From Dehalococcoidia bacterium (GTDB lineage Bacteria > Chloroflexota > Dehalococcoidia > DSTF01 > JACRBR01), in assembly GCA_041494685.1 (NCBI GenBank), contig JBGQBE010000001.1, positions 62,001-126,000 on the forward strand: a stretch of DNA of 64,000 bases, written 5' to 3'. Below the pieces are notes generated by a model. It made no database searches, was not told the DNA's origin, and saw only the letters and a program-made list of their open reading frames with translations. This document shows, in pieces, positions 60,838-64,000 of this stretch. A program made the position numbers and the translations under genes. Position 1 is the first letter of the stretch. Every line of letters begins with the position of its first letter.

Positions 60838-61019
60838 CCGCACCTCCATCCACTGGTCGCGTATCCGATGCACCGACACTAGTCTGCACGCCGCGCGATC
60901 TCCAAGCGGCGGGGATCATCGGCTCTAGACCCCGCCGGTCGAAAGAGGCAGAGTGACGTGATCAGCCTGGCGGCTGACCAGCCGACCAGCCGACCAGCCG
61001 ACGAGCTAAGGAGCCGACC

Positions 61020-62042
61020 GTGCCGAACAAACCGAAGTACTGGGGCGTCATCTCATCGCTCCCCGCGCCGTTCCTCACCGCGCAGGCGCAGCAGCTGGAA
61101 TCGCTGGGGCTCGAGGGCATCTTCGCGCCGCAGGTCTACGGCCCCCCGTTCGTGCCGCTCGCCGCCGCCGCCGCCGTCACCCAGCGCGTGCGCCTCGCCA
61201 CGGGCATCGCTCTGGCGTTCGCGCGCAGCCCGTTCGAGACGGCCGCCGCCGCGATGGACCTGGACCGCATCAGCAACGGCCGCTTCACGCTCGGCCTCGG
61301 CACCAGCGTCAAGGCGTGGAGCGAGGGCTTCTTCGGCATGGAGTACGGCAAGCCAGTCGCCCACATGCGCGAGGTGATCGACATCGTCCGCACGGTGATC
61401 GCGAAGGCGCACACCGGCGAGCTGACGCGCTACGACGGCCAGTACCACCACCTGGACTTCAGCGAGTTCAACCCGCTCGGCGCGCCGCTGCGCACCGAGA
61501 TCCCGGTCTGGATCGCCGCGCTGCGCACGCCCCTGATCCGCCTCGCTGGCGAGATCGCGGACGGCGTCATCGGCCACCCGATCTGGTCGATCGACTGGGC
61601 GACGACGAAGGTGATGGACGACCTGAAGGCGGGGCTGGCGAAGGGCGGCCGCGCGCGCGGCGACATCGAATTCAACATGTGGCTGTTCGTCGCGCCGAAC
61701 GACGACCCGAAGCAGGCCATCGAGGACGCGCGCGCGACGGTGGCGTTCTACGGCGGCGTCGGGCAGTACGAGGAGTACTTCGCCGCGCACGGCTTCCGCC
61801 GCGAGGCGCAGGCGCTGCAGGAAGGCGTGCGCCGCGGCGACTACCTCTCGGTGAAGCACCTGGTCAGCGACGAGATGGCGCGGACCTTCGTCGTGTGCGG
61901 CAAGCCGGACGACGTGCGGACGCGCGTCATGCGGATCTGGGAGCACGCCGACTCCGCGACCCTCGGCCCTCCGGTCTACGGACTCGACCCCGGCGCCATT
62001 CTCCGCTACGGCGCGAAGATCGCGGAGCTGTTCTACGGGTGA
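61020..62042 (+). CDS. LLM-class flavin/F420 oxidoreductase
   Basis: LATGIALAFARSP, GRFTLGLGT, AGEIADG. Confidence 0.9.
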   Translation: MPNKPKYWGVISSLPAPFLTAQAQQLESLGLEGIFAPQVYGPPFVPLAAAAAVTQRVRLATGIALAFARSPFETAAAAMDLDRISNGRFTLGLGTSVKAWSEGFFGMEYGKPVAHMREVIDIVRTVIAKAHTGELTRYDGQYHHLDFSEFNPLGAPLRTEIPVWIAALRTPLIRLAGEIADGVIGHPIWSIDWATTKVMDDLKAGLAKGGRARGDIEFNMWLFVAPNDDPKQAIEDARATVAFYGGVGQYEEYFAAHGFRREAQALQEGVRRGDYLSVKHLVSDEMARTFVVCGKPDDVRTRVMRIWEHADSATLGPPVYGLDPGAILRYGAKIAELFYG

Positions 62043-62171
62043 CGGTGGCACTCGGCCAATAGCAAAGGCGGAGTACATCTGCGCGAACCTGGGGCGAGCG
62101 GGGCTGCCCGAGCCGCACCCCTGGATCTGGCGCGCGTGGATCGAAGCCGCCGCGCCGCGTACGATCTCTGC

Positions 62172-63107
62172 ATGACCGCGATCTATCTCTTCGACGGCGA
62201 GGCGGTGCGCCCGCTCGATGCCCCGGCGGCGCGGCCGCTGCGCTGGGCGGCCTGGCGGCCCGACGGCGTTCACGCGCTGCTCGCCGGCAATCGCGGCGCC
62301 ATCCTCCGCTTCGACGGCCTCCGCTTCGAGGCCGTGGACTCCGGCGCGCAGCACAACCTGCGCGGCGTCGCCTGGGCGCCCGACGGCGCGCGCGCGCTGC
62401 TCGTCGGCAACCGCGGCGCCGTGCTGCTATACGACGGCCGCCGCTGTACGGAGCTGCCAGCCATCACCACCGAGAACCTGCGCCGCGCCGCCTGGGCGCC
62501 CGACGGCTCCTGCGCGCTGATCGCCGGCAACGCCGGCTGCGTGCTGCGCTACGACGCCGCGACCGGCGCGCTGCTGCCGCTGCCCGGCGACCGCGCCCAT
62601 ACGATGCGCTCCATCGCCTGGCGGCCCGACGGCGCGTACGCGTTGATCGGCGCGTACGCCAGCAGCTACGCCGGCTACCCGCGCCCGCATGTCCTCTACC
62701 GCTGCGACGGCCGCTACACGCAGGCCATCCTCGCCACCGACGACGACGATGACGCCGTCGCGATCGACTGGCAGCCGGGCGCATCGCCGCACCGCGCGAC
62801 GGTGCTCGTCGCGTCGTACGGCGCGGGCGGCGTGCGCAACAAGATCTTCGACTACACCGGCGCCGGCGTGCGCCTGCGCGAGATCGACCGCGGGCCGGCG
62901 CTGCTCGGCGCGGCGTGGCAGCCGGACGGCTCGCGCCTGCTGCTCTGCGGCGAGGCCGGGGCGCTCTTCGTAGACGACGGAGCGGCGATGCACGCGGTGG
63001 CGTCGGGCACGAGAGACAACCTGGTCGGACCGTTCTGGCGGCCCGGCGCGGCGCAGCCGCTGGCGCTGATGCTCAAGGGACCGGACGAGAAGGTCTACAC
63101 GATTTAG
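62172..63107 (+). CDS. WD40-like beta-propeller protein
   Basis: Repeats of LR..AW.PDG..ALL.GN.G..L.YD. Confidence 0.8.
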   Translation: MTAIYLFDGEAVRPLDAPAARPLRWAAWRPDGVHALLAGNRGAILRFDGLRFEAVDSGAQHNLRGVAWAPDGARALLVGNRGAVLLYDGRRCTELPAITTENLRRAAWAPDGSCALIAGNAGCVLRYDAATGALLPLPGDRAHTMRSIAWRPDGAYALIGAYASSYAGYPRPHVLYRCDGRYTQAILATDDDDDAVAIDWQPGASPHRATVLVASYGAGGVRNKIFDYTGAGVRLREIDRGPALLGAAWQPDGSRLLLCGEAGALFVDDGAAMHAVASGTRDNLVGPFWRPGAAQPLALMLKGPDEKVYTI

Positions 63108-63157
63108 AGAACCGAGAACTTAGAACCTAGAACCTGGGGCCTGGCCGGGAGCCGCGG

Positions 63158-64000
63158 CTACTCGCGGCGCAGCGCCTCGATCGGGTCGAGGCGGGAGGCG
63201 CGCCAGGCGGGGTAGACGCCGAACACGAGGCCCGTCACGGCCGACATGCCGAGTCCCATGCCGACCCAGAACGGCGTTACCAGGTACTTCGTGTCGGATC
63301 CCCCGATCTCGAAGGTCCTGGCAATCTCGATCGCGCCCACACCCGCAAGCACGCCGATCGCGCCGCCGATCGTTGTCACGACGAGCGCCTCGATCACGAA
63401 TTGCATGAGGATGTCGAGGCGTTTGGCGCCAACCGCCTTCCGGATGCCGATCTCCCGCGTGCGCTCGCTGACTGAGACGAGCATGATGTTCATGATGCCG
63501 ATGCCGCCGACGACCAGCGAGATGATCGCGATGGAGACCAGCAGCACCTGCAATGTCCGGTCGACCGAGGTGGCGGTCGAGAGCACGTCGCTCTGTGACT
63601 GCACCTTGAAGTCATCGTCGTTGACGATGTTGTGCTGCTTGCGCAGCACGTCGGCGACGGCGGCCTTGACCGCTTGCTCCTTCGAGCCGTCGGTGAGCTT
63701 GATGCTGATCTGCGTGACGTTCGTGTAGCCTCGCGAATTCCGAATCAGCGGGACGCGCGCCTGGAAGGCGGGCAGCGGCACGAAGATCTGATTGTCCGGG
63801 TTGCCCGTGGGCGTGACGCCCTTACGCTCCATCACACCGACCACGGTGAAGCTGAACGTGACGCCGAACTGACGACTGACGCCTGCGAAGATGCGGATGG
63901 TGCTGCCGACCGGGTCGGTATCACCGAACAAGTCTTCGGCGACCTGCGCGCCGAGGACGACCACCAGCGCCTTCTTGTCGAGGTCCTCTTGTGAGATGAA
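63158..64000 (-). CDS. MacB/FtsX-family ABC transporter permease (5' end outside window)
   Basis: SLVVGGIGIMNIMLVSVSERTREIGIRKAVGA, PAWRASRLDPIEALR. Confidence 0.95.
   Translation of the reverse strand, partial: FISQEDLDKKALVVVLGAQVAEDLFGDTDPVGSTIRIFAGVSRQFGVTFSFTVVGVMERKGVTPTGNPDNQIFVPLPAFQARVPLIRNSRGYTNVTQISIKLTDGSKEQAVKAAVADVLRKQHNIVNDDDFKVQSQSDVLSTATSVDRTLQVLLVSIAIISLVVGGIGIMNIMLVSVSERTREIGIRKAVGAKRLDILMQFVIEALVVTTIGGAIGVLAGVGAIEIARTFEIGGSDTKYLVTPFWVGMGLGMSAVTGLVFGVYPAWRASRLDPIEALRRE

Noticed and set aside
63105..63135. AGAAC(C/T)-based heptamer repeats
   Set aside because: Four degenerate copies between convergent genes; too short to interpret.

Overview
High-GC bacterial chromosomal segment. 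Gene content and protein style suggest Chloroflexota, possibly Dehalococcoidia-like; this is an inference. Core genes: kdpC/kdpD, gatB, yvcK, folD, acpS, nnr, cysteine desulfurase, pth, tRNA-Leu(TAA) and tRNA-Pro(GGG). Other genes include catabolic enzymes (SDR, epoxide hydrolase, LLM oxidoreductases, amidohydrolase, arylsulfatase plus FGE), c-di-GMP enzymes and a hemA / globin-MCP / cheW cluster. Accessory DNA: (i) two unrelated cargo segments (DGQHR protein plus PD-(D/E)XK nuclease at 19-22 kb; phosphotransferase at 48.7-49.9 kb) bounded by the same pair of ~70-85 bp left and right end sequences, with no recombinase in the window; (ii) a tRNA-Pro gene with a duplicated 3' half 8 kb to one side and a duplicated 5' half plus promoter 1.3 kb to the other, the 8 kb interval holding an NrfC/NrfD/hexaheme cytochrome/NHL electron-transfer module; (iii) an IS1595-family element with passenger genes; (iv) a stand-alone phage-type scaffold plus major capsid operon among host genes; (v) a candidate structured ncRNA divergent from a tandem-wHTH regulator; (vi) two divergent secreted proteins sharing a near-identical dockerin-like tail. 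All product calls come from motif recognition by eye; no database searches were run.
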